64,000 bases of DNA from assembly GCA_030652805.1 (NCBI GenBank), contig JAUSPT010000100.1, forward strand, positions 8,378 through 72,377, written 5' to 3'. Position 1 is the stretch's first letter, and each line of letters starts with the position of its first letter. This document shows positions 9,692-17,566 of this stretch, in pieces. The stretch comes from a bacterium. Lineage in GTDB: Bacteria; JAHJDO01. The translations under genes were made by a program, and so were the position numbers. The notes beneath the pieces are model-generated. The model made no database searches. It had not been told where the DNA came from and saw nothing but the letters and a program-made list of their open reading frames with translations.

Positions 9692-10132
9692 ATGAATCCA
9701 TTAGTAATTAAAAAACACCCTAATAAAATTCTCAGAGAAAAATGCACGCAGGTAGAAAAGATTACGAATAGAGAGAAAAAACTTTTTGACAAGATGTTTC
9801 TTACAATGAAATATTTCTGTGGCATAGGATTAGCTGCGCCTCAAATTGGTATATCTAAAAGATTAATTGTTGCCTGTGTCGAGGAAAGAACTATAAAATT
9901 AGCTAACCCTGAGATTATTGATATAAGAGGCTCGGATAATATGGTGGAGGGTTGTTTAAGCATTCCTGATATTACAGTTGATATAAAAAGACCTTTTGAG
10001 GTTGTTGTAAAAGGATTAAATGAGAAGGGAAAAAATATAGAAATAAAGGCTAAAGGACTTTTAGCAAGAGTCTTGCAGCATGAAATAGACCATTTAAAAG
10101 GCAGATTAATTATTGATTACAGAGTTGAATAG
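9692..10132 (+). CDS. def: peptide deformylase
   Basis: The three canonical motifs GIGLAAPQIG, EGCLS and HEIDH. Confidence 0.9.
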   Translation: MNPLVIKKHPNKILREKCTQVEKITNREKKLFDKMFLTMKYFCGIGLAAPQIGISKRLIVACVEERTIKLANPEIIDIRGSDNMVEGCLSIPDITVDIKRPFEVVVKGLNEKGKNIEIKAKGLLARVLQHEIDHLKGRLIIDYRVE

Positions 10133-10816
10133 ATGCATATAGCAGAAAACTATCAAATAATTAGAGAAGAAATTCCAGACAACGTAACTATAGTTTTAGC
10201 AGGTAAGACAAGGACCAGAGAAGAGATTGAAGAGGTTATAGATGCTGGAGCGACAGACATTGGGGAAAATTATGTGCAGGAAGCTGAAAAAATGTATGAT
10301 TCTTTGGGTGAAAAAGCAAAAAAGATTAGATGGCACATGATAGGATATTTACAAAAAAACAAGATCAACAAAGCGCTTAGAATTTTTGATGTTATACAAA
10401 CAGTTGATTCTTTAGAAAAGGCAGTAGCTATTGATAAAAGAGCACAAGGGATAGGGAAAACAGTTTCCGTATATTTAGAAATAAACATTGGCAGCGAAGT
10501 GACAAAAGCGGGTGTAAAACCGGAGTATGAAGTTATTAAAAATTTAGTTAGAGAAATTGCAAAACTTGAACATTTGAGTTTAGAAGGCCTGATGACAATG
10601 TGCCCTCGATTGGGGGATCCCGAAGATTCGAGACCTTATTTCAGAAAAATAAAAGATGTTTTTGAAAGGGTAAAAATGATTAGTCTACCAAGAGTTAAAA
10701 TGGAGACATTATCTATGGGAATGTCAAATTCTTACAAGATAGCCATAGAAGAAGGAAGTAATATGATTAGATTAGGAACGGTTGTCTTTGGGGAGAGAAA
10801 TAATGCCCACTTATGA
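10133..10816 (+). CDS. yggS: YggS-family pyridoxal-phosphate-binding protein
   Basis: Length of 227 aa. VLAGKTRT (PLP lysine region), SMGMSNSYKIAIEEGSNMIRLGT C-terminal block. Confidence 0.85.
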   Translation: MHIAENYQIIREEIPDNVTIVLAGKTRTREEIEEVIDAGATDIGENYVQEAEKMYDSLGEKAKKIRWHMIGYLQKNKINKALRIFDVIQTVDSLEKAVAIDKRAQGIGKTVSVYLEINIGSEVTKAGVKPEYEVIKNLVREIAKLEHLSLEGLMTMCPRLGDPEDSRPYFRKIKDVFERVKMISLPRVKMETLSMGMSNSYKIAIEEGSNMIRLGTVVFGERNNAHL

Positions 10817-11030
10817 GTATGAGTGTTTAAAGTGTGGTTATGAATTTGAGAAATTTCAAAACATGAGTGACGAACCAGTTAAGAAATGTTCGAAATGTAA
10901 AGGGAATGTTAGAAGACTAATAGGTGCTGGAGCAGGAATTATATCCAAAGGATCATCACAGGATATACCATGTTGCGGAATGAATGCTGCCTGTGCCAAC
11001 GCCAAGTATTGCGAAGGATGCAAAACCTGA
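10803..11030 (+). CDS. FmdB-family zinc-ribbon protein with Cys-rich tail
   Basis: Canonical N-terminus MPTYEYECLKCGYEFE...CSKC. I chose the ATG at 10803 rather than the ORF-track start at 10782. The tail is PCCGMNAACANAKYCEGC. Confidence 0.75.
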   Translation: MPTYEYECLKCGYEFEKFQNMSDEPVKKCSKCKGNVRRLIGAGAGIISKGSSQDIPCCGMNAACANAKYCEGCKT

Positions 11031-11031
11031 T

Positions 11032-11661
11032 ATGTTAAGACAAATTTCTAAGGAATTAAAAAGGCATGTTCCGTTTACTATGTTTGGAGCCGTTACAGGC
11101 ATTATCATCATGGTTATAATGGTTTTTTCCCATGCTTCCAAGGAGGCTTCTAATGCAATTTTTTACACTTTGCATCCCACCCATGTTGTCTTGAGCGCGT
11201 TTGCAACAATATCTATGTATAAACTGCATGGAAAAGGCAAGCTCTGGGTGGCAATTCTTATTGGTTATACAGGCTCCATTGGAATAGCTACATTAAGTGA
11301 TGCTGTAATCCCTTACCTTGGAGGAGGTTTGCTTAATGTTCCAATGGAATTTCATGCGCCATTTATAGAGACTGCAAAGATGCCATTTATTGGAATTGCA
11401 AAATGGAAGATTGTGAACTCTGCAGCAGTACTTGGAATTGTAATCGGTTATTTAAAACCTAAAACTAAATTTCCGCATTTTGGACATGTTTTATTAAGTA
11501 CATGGGCATCCTTATTTGGTTTCACAGCGTTCGGCATAGCAAATTGGATTCCTTTACTTCCTTTTGTTTTTCTGTTTTTATTCCTCGCAGTTTGGCTACC
11601 CTGTTGTGTAAGTGATATTATATTTCCTCTTTTATTTGTAAAAGAAAATCAAGAAGATTAG
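11032..11661 (+). CDS. hypothetical polytopic membrane protein
   Basis: About 6 predicted TM helices. An in-frame ATG at 11032 starts 1 nt after the zinc-ribbon stop. No family name that I can support. Confidence 0.5.
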   Translation: MLRQISKELKRHVPFTMFGAVTGIIIMVIMVFSHASKEASNAIFYTLHPTHVVLSAFATISMYKLHGKGKLWVAILIGYTGSIGIATLSDAVIPYLGGGLLNVPMEFHAPFIETAKMPFIGIAKWKIVNSAAVLGIVIGYLKPKTKFPHFGHVLLSTWASLFGFTAFGIANWIPLLPFVFLFLFLAVWLPCCVSDIIFPLLFVKENQED

Positions 11662-11708
11662 AAAACGGGATGAAAAGCTTAATTGAGATGGCAGGAGGTA
11701 AATAAAAA

Positions 11709-11822
11709 GTGAATTGCGCTAATACAAAGGGAATATTCCGTATCATTCAGTCTATTCCTTCAAAAAAAGGCTGGTTGGAGCGTGATAAAAAGGAGGTGAT
11801 AGACGATGTTAGATCAAAATAA
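11709..11822 (+). pseudogene. possible remnant of a BRO-N/DinD-like gene
   Basis: The 37-codon frame reads NTKGIFRIIQSIPSKKGWL. It resembles the (F)R(L/I)IQSIPSPKAEPFK(L)WL block remembered from BRO-N/DinD-type proteins. It is truncated on both sides and overlaps the rhuM start. Confidence 0.25.
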
Positions 11823-12858
11823 ATCACAGCTTATTATTTACCAGACCGAAACAGGTGAAACTAAGATTGACGTGAGGTTCCAAGATGAAACGGTATGGCT
11901 GTCTCAACAGTTAATGGCAGAACTATTTCGGACAACCAAGCAAAACGTAAGTCTTCATATTAGAAATATTTATGAAGAAGAGGAATTGTCGCCTCAAGCA
12001 ACTGTCAAGGAATTCTTGACAGTTCAAAAAGAAGGCGAACGAAAAGTTAGACGTAAAGTAGAATTTTATAATCTCGATATGATTATATCTGTTGGGTATC
12101 GCATTAAGTCTAGGGTAGCAACTCATTTCAGACAATGGGCAACACGTCATTTAAGGGAATATATAGTTAAAGGGTTTGTTTTAGATGATGAGCGGCTTAA
12201 GAATCCGAATCAGCCGTTTGATTATTATGATGAGTTAATTAGACGTATTCAGGATATACGAACATCCGAACGGCGTTTTTATCAAAAAATCACAGATATT
12301 TATGCCACAAGCGTTGACTATGACCCAACAAATGAAATGAGTATTGATTTTTTTAAGACCGTTCAAAATAAGATGCATTGGGCGATTACAGGGAAAACCG
12401 CTGCAGAAATTATTCATAAAAGAGCAGACAGTAAGAAAGCAAATATGGGATTAACAAGTTGGCGGGGAGTAAAAATTCGCAAAGATGATGTAGAAATTGC
12501 GAAAAACTATTTAGACGAAAAAGAATTGATGGCTTTAAATAATTTAGTTGAACAATATTTGATTTTTGCAGAGGGACAGGCAATGAGACGTATTCCAATG
12601 TATATGAGAGGTTGGATTACTAAGTTGGATTCCTTTCTGCAACTCAACGAAAGAGAAATATTGATGCACGCAGGGAAAATATCGCATCAGATTGCCATGG
12701 AAGCCGCAGAGAAGGAATACGAAAAATATTCTAAAAAAAGACAGATTGCTTATGACAAAAGAGAAAATTCTTTTGATGTATTAGTTAACGAAACGAAGAA
12801 AATAGAAAGTAAAAAAGGGACACATACAATGTTAACATCAAAAATGGTCAGGGGATAG
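11806..12858 (+). CDS. rhuM: RhuM-family virulence/defence-island protein
   Basis: N-terminus LIIYQTETGETKIDVRFQDETVWLSQQLMAELF, and ISVGYRIKSRVATHFRQWAT, typical of RhuM family proteins. Confidence 0.8.
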   Translation: MLDQNKSQLIIYQTETGETKIDVRFQDETVWLSQQLMAELFRTTKQNVSLHIRNIYEEEELSPQATVKEFLTVQKEGERKVRRKVEFYNLDMIISVGYRIKSRVATHFRQWATRHLREYIVKGFVLDDERLKNPNQPFDYYDELIRRIQDIRTSERRFYQKITDIYATSVDYDPTNEMSIDFFKTVQNKMHWAITGKTAAEIIHKRADSKKANMGLTSWRGVKIRKDDVEIAKNYLDEKELMALNNLVEQYLIFAEGQAMRRIPMYMRGWITKLDSFLQLNEREILMHAGKISHQIAMEAAEKEYEKYSKKRQIAYDKRENSFDVLVNETKKIESKKGTHTMLTSKMVRG

Positions 12859-12878
12859 ACGCACCTGTTTGGTAATTG

Positions 12879-12905
12879 TTTGTAGGGGCACAATATCTTG
12901 TGCCC
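12879..12905 (+). repeat. hairpin repeat IR-L (TTTGTAGGGGCACAA-TATC-TTGTGCCC), followed by T7; probably also the rhuM terminator
   Basis: 8-bp stem GGGCACAA/TTGTGCCC. It is the exact reverse complement of 19465-19491. Confidence 0.85.
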
Positions 12906-12914
12906 TTTTTTTAT

Positions 12915-12952
12915 GTCATTGCGAAGAGCGAAGCGATGTGGCAATCTCTTCG
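12915..12952 (+). repeat. GTCATTGCGAAG... repeat module
   Basis: GTCATTGCGAAG is the reverse complement of CTTCGCAATGAC at 19763-19774. It has an internal CGAAGAG/CTCTTCG stem. Confidence 0.6.
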
Positions 12953-12970
12953 TAATTCTCCGATTTTCAT

Positions 12971-13004
12971 ATTGTAGGGGCGGGGCTTGCCCCCGCCCTT
13001 TTTT
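12971..13004 (+). repeat. second TTGTAGGGGC-type GC hairpin plus T6
   Basis: ATTGTAGGGGCGGGGCTTGCCCCCGCCC has a GGGCGGGG/CCCCGCCC stem. Same family as 12879-12905 and the four copies at 19465-19697. Confidence 0.7.
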
Positions 13005-13060
13005 CTTTATGATTTTGGGATGGTGGAGTATAATTGGAGTTTGAAAGAAGAAGAAAGACT

Positions 13061-14869
13061 ATGCCAAGAATAAAAGATATACCAAAAATTGATCGGCCAA
13101 GGGAAAAGTTTCTCAAAAAAGGGCCAGAGGCTCTTTCTAAAAGTGATCTTTTGGCAATCCTTTTAGGTAGTGGGATAAAGGGCAAAAATGTTAAACAGCT
13201 TTCAGAAAATATAATAAAAAAATTCGGTAAAAACTTTTTAAATATAACTGTTGATGATTTATTAAAAATTTCAGGAATTGGTCAGGCCAAAGCTTTGCAA
13301 ATCGCTTCTGCTGTTGCTTTAGTAAAAAGATATTATGACGAAAAAGAGCCAAAAAGAAATCTCGTTTTATCGGTCAATGACGCAATTGCTTTAACCTCTG
13401 ACTTAAAAGAAAAGAAAAAAGAATATTTGATTTGTCTTTACTTGAATGCAAGAAATGCTTTGCTGAAGAAGGATATTATATCAATCGGTACTCTTGATAA
13501 AAGCCTAATTCATCCAAGAGAAATTTTTGGTCCTGCCGTAGAATTGCGATCAGCAGGTATTATATTGGTTCACAACCATCCCTCAGGCGATCCGTCACCA
13601 AGCAAACAGGATATTGATATTTTTAACAAGATTATTGAAGCTGGCAAGATAATGGGAGTCAATATTATTGATATTATCATTATTGGCGACGATAAAATCT
13701 ACAGTTTTTTCAAAGATTTACAGCAGGGTAAAAGCACTGATTATGTTTCAGACGGCATACAGTATTCGCTTTTTGATTTACTAGAAGCAGAAACATCTGC
13801 CTACACTCCCGCAACTACTAAAGTTAATAAAATTTATTTTTCACTAAAAAAAAGAAATATTGTAGGGAAATTTCAAATACAAAATCGACGTTTTCTTGGG
13901 AACAAATATAAACTTCTTGGTTTCATTGAGGATATTGTTAATGAAAAATGCAATGGATTTAATTCCTTTTGCGATATATTTGCTGGTACTGGCGTTGTAG
14001 GCGAGCGGTTTAATGAAAAAGATATAAAAGTTATCAGCAATGATTTATTATTTAGCAATTACTTCCCTCTAAAAACTTTTCTTGGCTCTACACAAATAAA
14101 CTTGGATACTCTCAAAGAAAAAATTGATTTATTGAATGACTTAAAAGTCAATCAAGACAATTATTTTTCTATTCACTACGGTGATACTTATTTTACCTTG
14201 GAGAATGCAAGAAAAATAGGTGTCATTAGAGAAAAGATTGAAGAACTTGCAAGCAATAAAGATGAAAAAGCCGCACTTATAACTGCCTTGCTATACGCTA
14301 CCGATAAAGTTGCAAATACAGTTGGACACTATGACGCATATAGAAAAAAATTAGATACAATACAGCCAATACAGCTTTTAGTGCCTGACATTGCTTTAGA
14401 TAGTAACAGCAATAATGAAGTTCTACGAGAAGATGCGAATTTACTTATTCGAAAAATATCTTGTGATGTTTTATATATGGATCCGCCTTACAATTCGCGC
14501 CAGTATTGTGATGCTTATCATTTGCTAGAGAATCTTGCAACTTGGAAAAAACCGCAGGTGTATGGAAAGGCAAAAAAAATGGATAGGTCTCGTATAAAAA
14601 GCGATTACTGTTTGAAAGCCGCCATGAGAGCATTTAATGATTTAATTAAAAATGCAAACTGTAAACATATTTTAATTTCGTATAATAATACTGGTGAATC
14701 AAAAGACGGAAGATCAAACGCGCGTATAAAGGATGAAGAGATTATAAATATACTCAAAAATAAAGGGGATGTTGAAATTTTCGAAAGAGATTATAAAGCT
14801 TTTACAACAGGCAAAAGTAATGGTAATGGAAACACTGAACGTGTCTTTTACTGTAAAGCAACAAAATAA
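13061..14869 (+). CDS. fusion protein: RadC-like JAB domain (N-terminal) + FokI-type D12-class N6-adenine DNA methyltransferase (C-terminal)
   Basis: RadC part: MPRIKDIPKIDRPREKF, HhH ISGIGQAKALQI, JAB motif HNHPSGDPSPSKQD. MTase part: RRFLGNKYKLL, FAGTGVVG, DPPYNSRQY..YHLLE, ILISYNN. It is one uninterrupted frame. I chose the ATG at 13061. Confidence 0.8.
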   Translation: MPRIKDIPKIDRPREKFLKKGPEALSKSDLLAILLGSGIKGKNVKQLSENIIKKFGKNFLNITVDDLLKISGIGQAKALQIASAVALVKRYYDEKEPKRNLVLSVNDAIALTSDLKEKKKEYLICLYLNARNALLKKDIISIGTLDKSLIHPREIFGPAVELRSAGIILVHNHPSGDPSPSKQDIDIFNKIIEAGKIMGVNIIDIIIIGDDKIYSFFKDLQQGKSTDYVSDGIQYSLFDLLEAETSAYTPATTKVNKIYFSLKKRNIVGKFQIQNRRFLGNKYKLLGFIEDIVNEKCNGFNSFCDIFAGTGVVGERFNEKDIKVISNDLLFSNYFPLKTFLGSTQINLDTLKEKIDLLNDLKVNQDNYFSIHYGDTYFTLENARKIGVIREKIEELASNKDEKAALITALLYATDKVANTVGHYDAYRKKLDTIQPIQLLVPDIALDSNSNNEVLREDANLLIRKISCDVLYMDPPYNSRQYCDAYHLLENLATWKKPQVYGKAKKMDRSRIKSDYCLKAAMRAFNDLIKNANCKHILISYNNTGESKDGRSNARIKDEEIINILKNKGDVEIFERDYKAFTTGKSNGNGNTERVFYCKATK

Positions 14870-14871
14870 CT

Positions 14872-16689
14872 ATGAAAAAACCTTGGTCAATAACAACAAC
14901 ACTTCGGAATCCTGAAAGATTAAGAAATTTCTTAACTGTTTTACAGCAGCTAGAAAATCTTGAATGGAATTTGGAAAATCAAAAGAAATACCAAATTCTC
15001 TTAATCAAAAACAGAATTTATGGATATGGAAGCGTGCAATTTTATAATGGATTATTCCAAGAACAAATTGATTTGATAGATGATCAAACAAAAGAAATCC
15101 CTTTTGGAAAAGCAGAAGAAATTTTTAATACAAAAAACTATGAAGACTCAGCCATGAGAGGAAGGCAGTCAATAAATCCTCTCAAAAAAATTGGGCTAGT
15201 TTCCATAAAAGATAAAAAAATATTCATAACAAGTTTGGGGAAGTCATTTTTAAAAGATGATTTCGATTTTGGAGAAATATTTTTTAGAAGTTTTATAAAA
15301 TGGCAAATCCCGAATCCTGACAGCAGTGATTATAAACTTGAAGATGGATATGATATAAAACCATTTATAGGAGTTTTGCATCTTATTCAAAAAGTTAATG
15401 AAAAGTCTTTAAAGTTAGGGAAAAAAGCAAAAGGTATTAGTAAAGGGGAATTTTCTTTATTTGCCCCAACTCTCGTAACTTTTTCAAATATAGATTGTTA
15501 TGCTAAAAAAATTATTAAATTAAGAAAGAAAATGGAAGAAAAAACCAAACAAGAACAAAAAACGATTTTTAATAATTATAAGAAAGTTTTTGCACAAGAA
15601 TTTTTGGAATCATCAAATGTGGAAGAAACAAACAAACTCTTACAAAATCTAAAAGATTATGGAGATAATGCAATAAGGTATTTTCGTTTAACTCGCTACA
15701 TTTATATTCGTGGTGGCGGATTTTATATTGATTTAGAACCAAGAAGATCAATTGAAATTGAAAATTTACTCAGCTTTGATAATGGACAATCAAAAACCTT
15801 TAAAAATAAAGAAGAATATTTAGACTATATTGCTGACATTTCACAACCAAAACTGTCTTGGGAAACAAAAGAAAAATTTATTGAAATTATTTCTAAACTT
15901 CTAGAAGACATAAAATCTTACGAAGAACAATTAAACATAACCTCAAGAGAAATTTTAGATTTTAAAGATTTGGAAGAAGATTGTCTAAAAAACTATATTA
16001 CAGAACTAAGACAATATAGAAGAGAATTACAAGACAAAGAAAATCACTTAAAATCACAAGATATTGAACAAATTGATGAATATATAAAGAATCTCGAAAA
16101 TATTTTTGATTTTGAAGATAGACCAATTTTACTGGAAAAATTATCTGCCCTTGGATTAAACGCTTTAAACGATGCTTTAAAAATCAAACCAAATTACCCT
16201 GTTGGGGATGACAATGAGCCGACTTTTACAGCGCCAGCCAATACGCCAGATATTGAATGTTTTTATGAGAATTTTAACGCAATTTGTGAGGTAACAATGC
16301 TTACGAGCAAGGATCAGTGGTATAATGAGGGGCAACCAGTAATGAGGCATTTGAGAGATTTTGAAAGCAAACATCAAGACAAAAAATCTTATTGTTTATT
16401 TATAGCTCCAAGACTTCATCGGGATACAATCAATACGTTTTGGACAGCTATAAAATATGAATACGAAGGAAGTCCACAAAAAATAATTCCGTTATCAATA
16501 AATAATTTTGTATTACTCTTAAAAATCTTAGTTCAAATAAAATTAGAGAATAAGTTTTTAAGACACAATGAACTTGCACGTTTGTATGATGAAATACTGG
16601 ATTCCTCAAAATTTTTTAATAACTCTAATAAGTGGTTAAGAAATATTCCCAACGCCATTTCTTCATGGCAAAAAGGCCTTAGTTTTTAA
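14872..16689 (+). CDS. AlwI/BstNBI/PleI/MlyI-family type IIS restriction endonuclease or nicking enzyme
   Basis: 605 aa. Block similarity, from memory, to N.BstNBI: TTLRNPER, IKWQIPNP, RYFRLTRYI, PDIECFYENFNAICEVT, YCLFIAPRL, IIPLSINNF. Separated from both flanking MTases by 2-nt gaps. Confidence 0.65.
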   Translation: MKKPWSITTTLRNPERLRNFLTVLQQLENLEWNLENQKKYQILLIKNRIYGYGSVQFYNGLFQEQIDLIDDQTKEIPFGKAEEIFNTKNYEDSAMRGRQSINPLKKIGLVSIKDKKIFITSLGKSFLKDDFDFGEIFFRSFIKWQIPNPDSSDYKLEDGYDIKPFIGVLHLIQKVNEKSLKLGKKAKGISKGEFSLFAPTLVTFSNIDCYAKKIIKLRKKMEEKTKQEQKTIFNNYKKVFAQEFLESSNVEETNKLLQNLKDYGDNAIRYFRLTRYIYIRGGGFYIDLEPRRSIEIENLLSFDNGQSKTFKNKEEYLDYIADISQPKLSWETKEKFIEIISKLLEDIKSYEEQLNITSREILDFKDLEEDCLKNYITELRQYRRELQDKENHLKSQDIEQIDEYIKNLENIFDFEDRPILLEKLSALGLNALNDALKIKPNYPVGDDNEPTFTAPANTPDIECFYENFNAICEVTMLTSKDQWYNEGQPVMRHLRDFESKHQDKKSYCLFIAPRLHRDTINTFWTAIKYEYEGSPQKIIPLSINNFVLLLKILVQIKLENKFLRHNELARLYDEILDSSKFFNNSNKWLRNIPNAISSWQKGLSF

Positions 16690-16691
16690 CT

Positions 16692-17480
16692 ATGAGTATG
16701 AAAAAAAATATTATTTACAACGATGATTGCATAAAAATACTTAATACAAAAATTGATAAAAAATCAATTGATCTTATTTTTGCTGACCCTCCTTATAATC
16801 TTTCTGGCAATGGGTTGAAGTGGGAAGGAAATAAAACGGGTGGGGACTGGTATATGGTAAATGAAGAATGGGACAAAATGACCGCTCCTGAATATATGCA
16901 ATTTACAAGAAAGTGGATTGGAGCTTGCCATAAAATTTTAAAAGATACTGGTTCAATTTATATTGCTTGTAGTTATCACAATATTGCTGAAGTAATGATT
17001 ATTTTAAAACAGCTGGATTTTAAGATAAATAATATCATTACTTGGTACAAAACAAATGCTATGCCAAATATGACAAGGCGAATCTTTACTCATTCTACAG
17101 AATTTATTGTTTGGGCGGTAAAAGGTAAAAAGTGGATTTTTAATTACGAGGAGCTTAAAAAGATTAATCCGGAAAAACAAAAAGATGGGTCGTTAAAACA
17201 AATGCGAGATGTGTGGTCTTTGCCTTTGGTGCAAGGTAAAGAAAGATTGAGAGGGAAAGATGGTCGAGCTTTGCATCCAACACAAAAACCAGAGGAGGTG
17301 CTTAAACGAATTATTGTTGCCTCTTCTAATAAAGGCGATTTAGTTTTAGATCCATTTTTAGGAAGCGGCACAACTGCGATAATAGCAAAAAAAATGGGAA
17401 GAAATTGGATTGGAATTGAGAGAAGCAAAAAGTATATAGAGATGGCAAAGAAGCGGATTGATGTGAAATTAAAGAAATAA
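16692..17480 (+). CDS. beta-class N6/N4 DNA methyltransferase (DpnA/MboI-type)
   Basis: Motif IV comes first (IFADPPYNL) and motif I last (DPFLGSGTT). Also ITWYKTNAMPN, FTHSTEFIVWA and HPTQKPEE. Confidence 0.85.
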   Translation: MSMKKNIIYNDDCIKILNTKIDKKSIDLIFADPPYNLSGNGLKWEGNKTGGDWYMVNEEWDKMTAPEYMQFTRKWIGACHKILKDTGSIYIACSYHNIAEVMIILKQLDFKINNIITWYKTNAMPNMTRRIFTHSTEFIVWAVKGKKWIFNYEELKKINPEKQKDGSLKQMRDVWSLPLVQGKERLRGKDGRALHPTQKPEEVLKRIIVASSNKGDLVLDPFLGSGTTAIIAKKMGRNWIGIERSKKYIEMAKKRIDVKLKK

Positions 17481-17566
17481 AACATAGGGGCTAATTATGA
17501 ACAAAATAAAACTTGATCTTACATATTGCTATGGAATAAAAATCGTTGAAAGTGGAATAAATTAAC

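Noticed and set aside
12750-13185. Minus-strand ORFs of 64 and 72 aa across the left repeat cluster.
   Set aside because: They overlap the rhuM 3' end, the hairpin repeats and the RadC-MTase 5' end. Their sequences are repeat translations (..GHKILCPY.., ..GASPAPT..).
17497-17565. 22-codon ORF MNKIKLDLTYCYGIKIVESGIN that resembles the N-terminus of an AAA ATPase.
   Set aside because: It is far too short to call as a gene or pseudogene. I mention it only as a possible scar inside the defence island.
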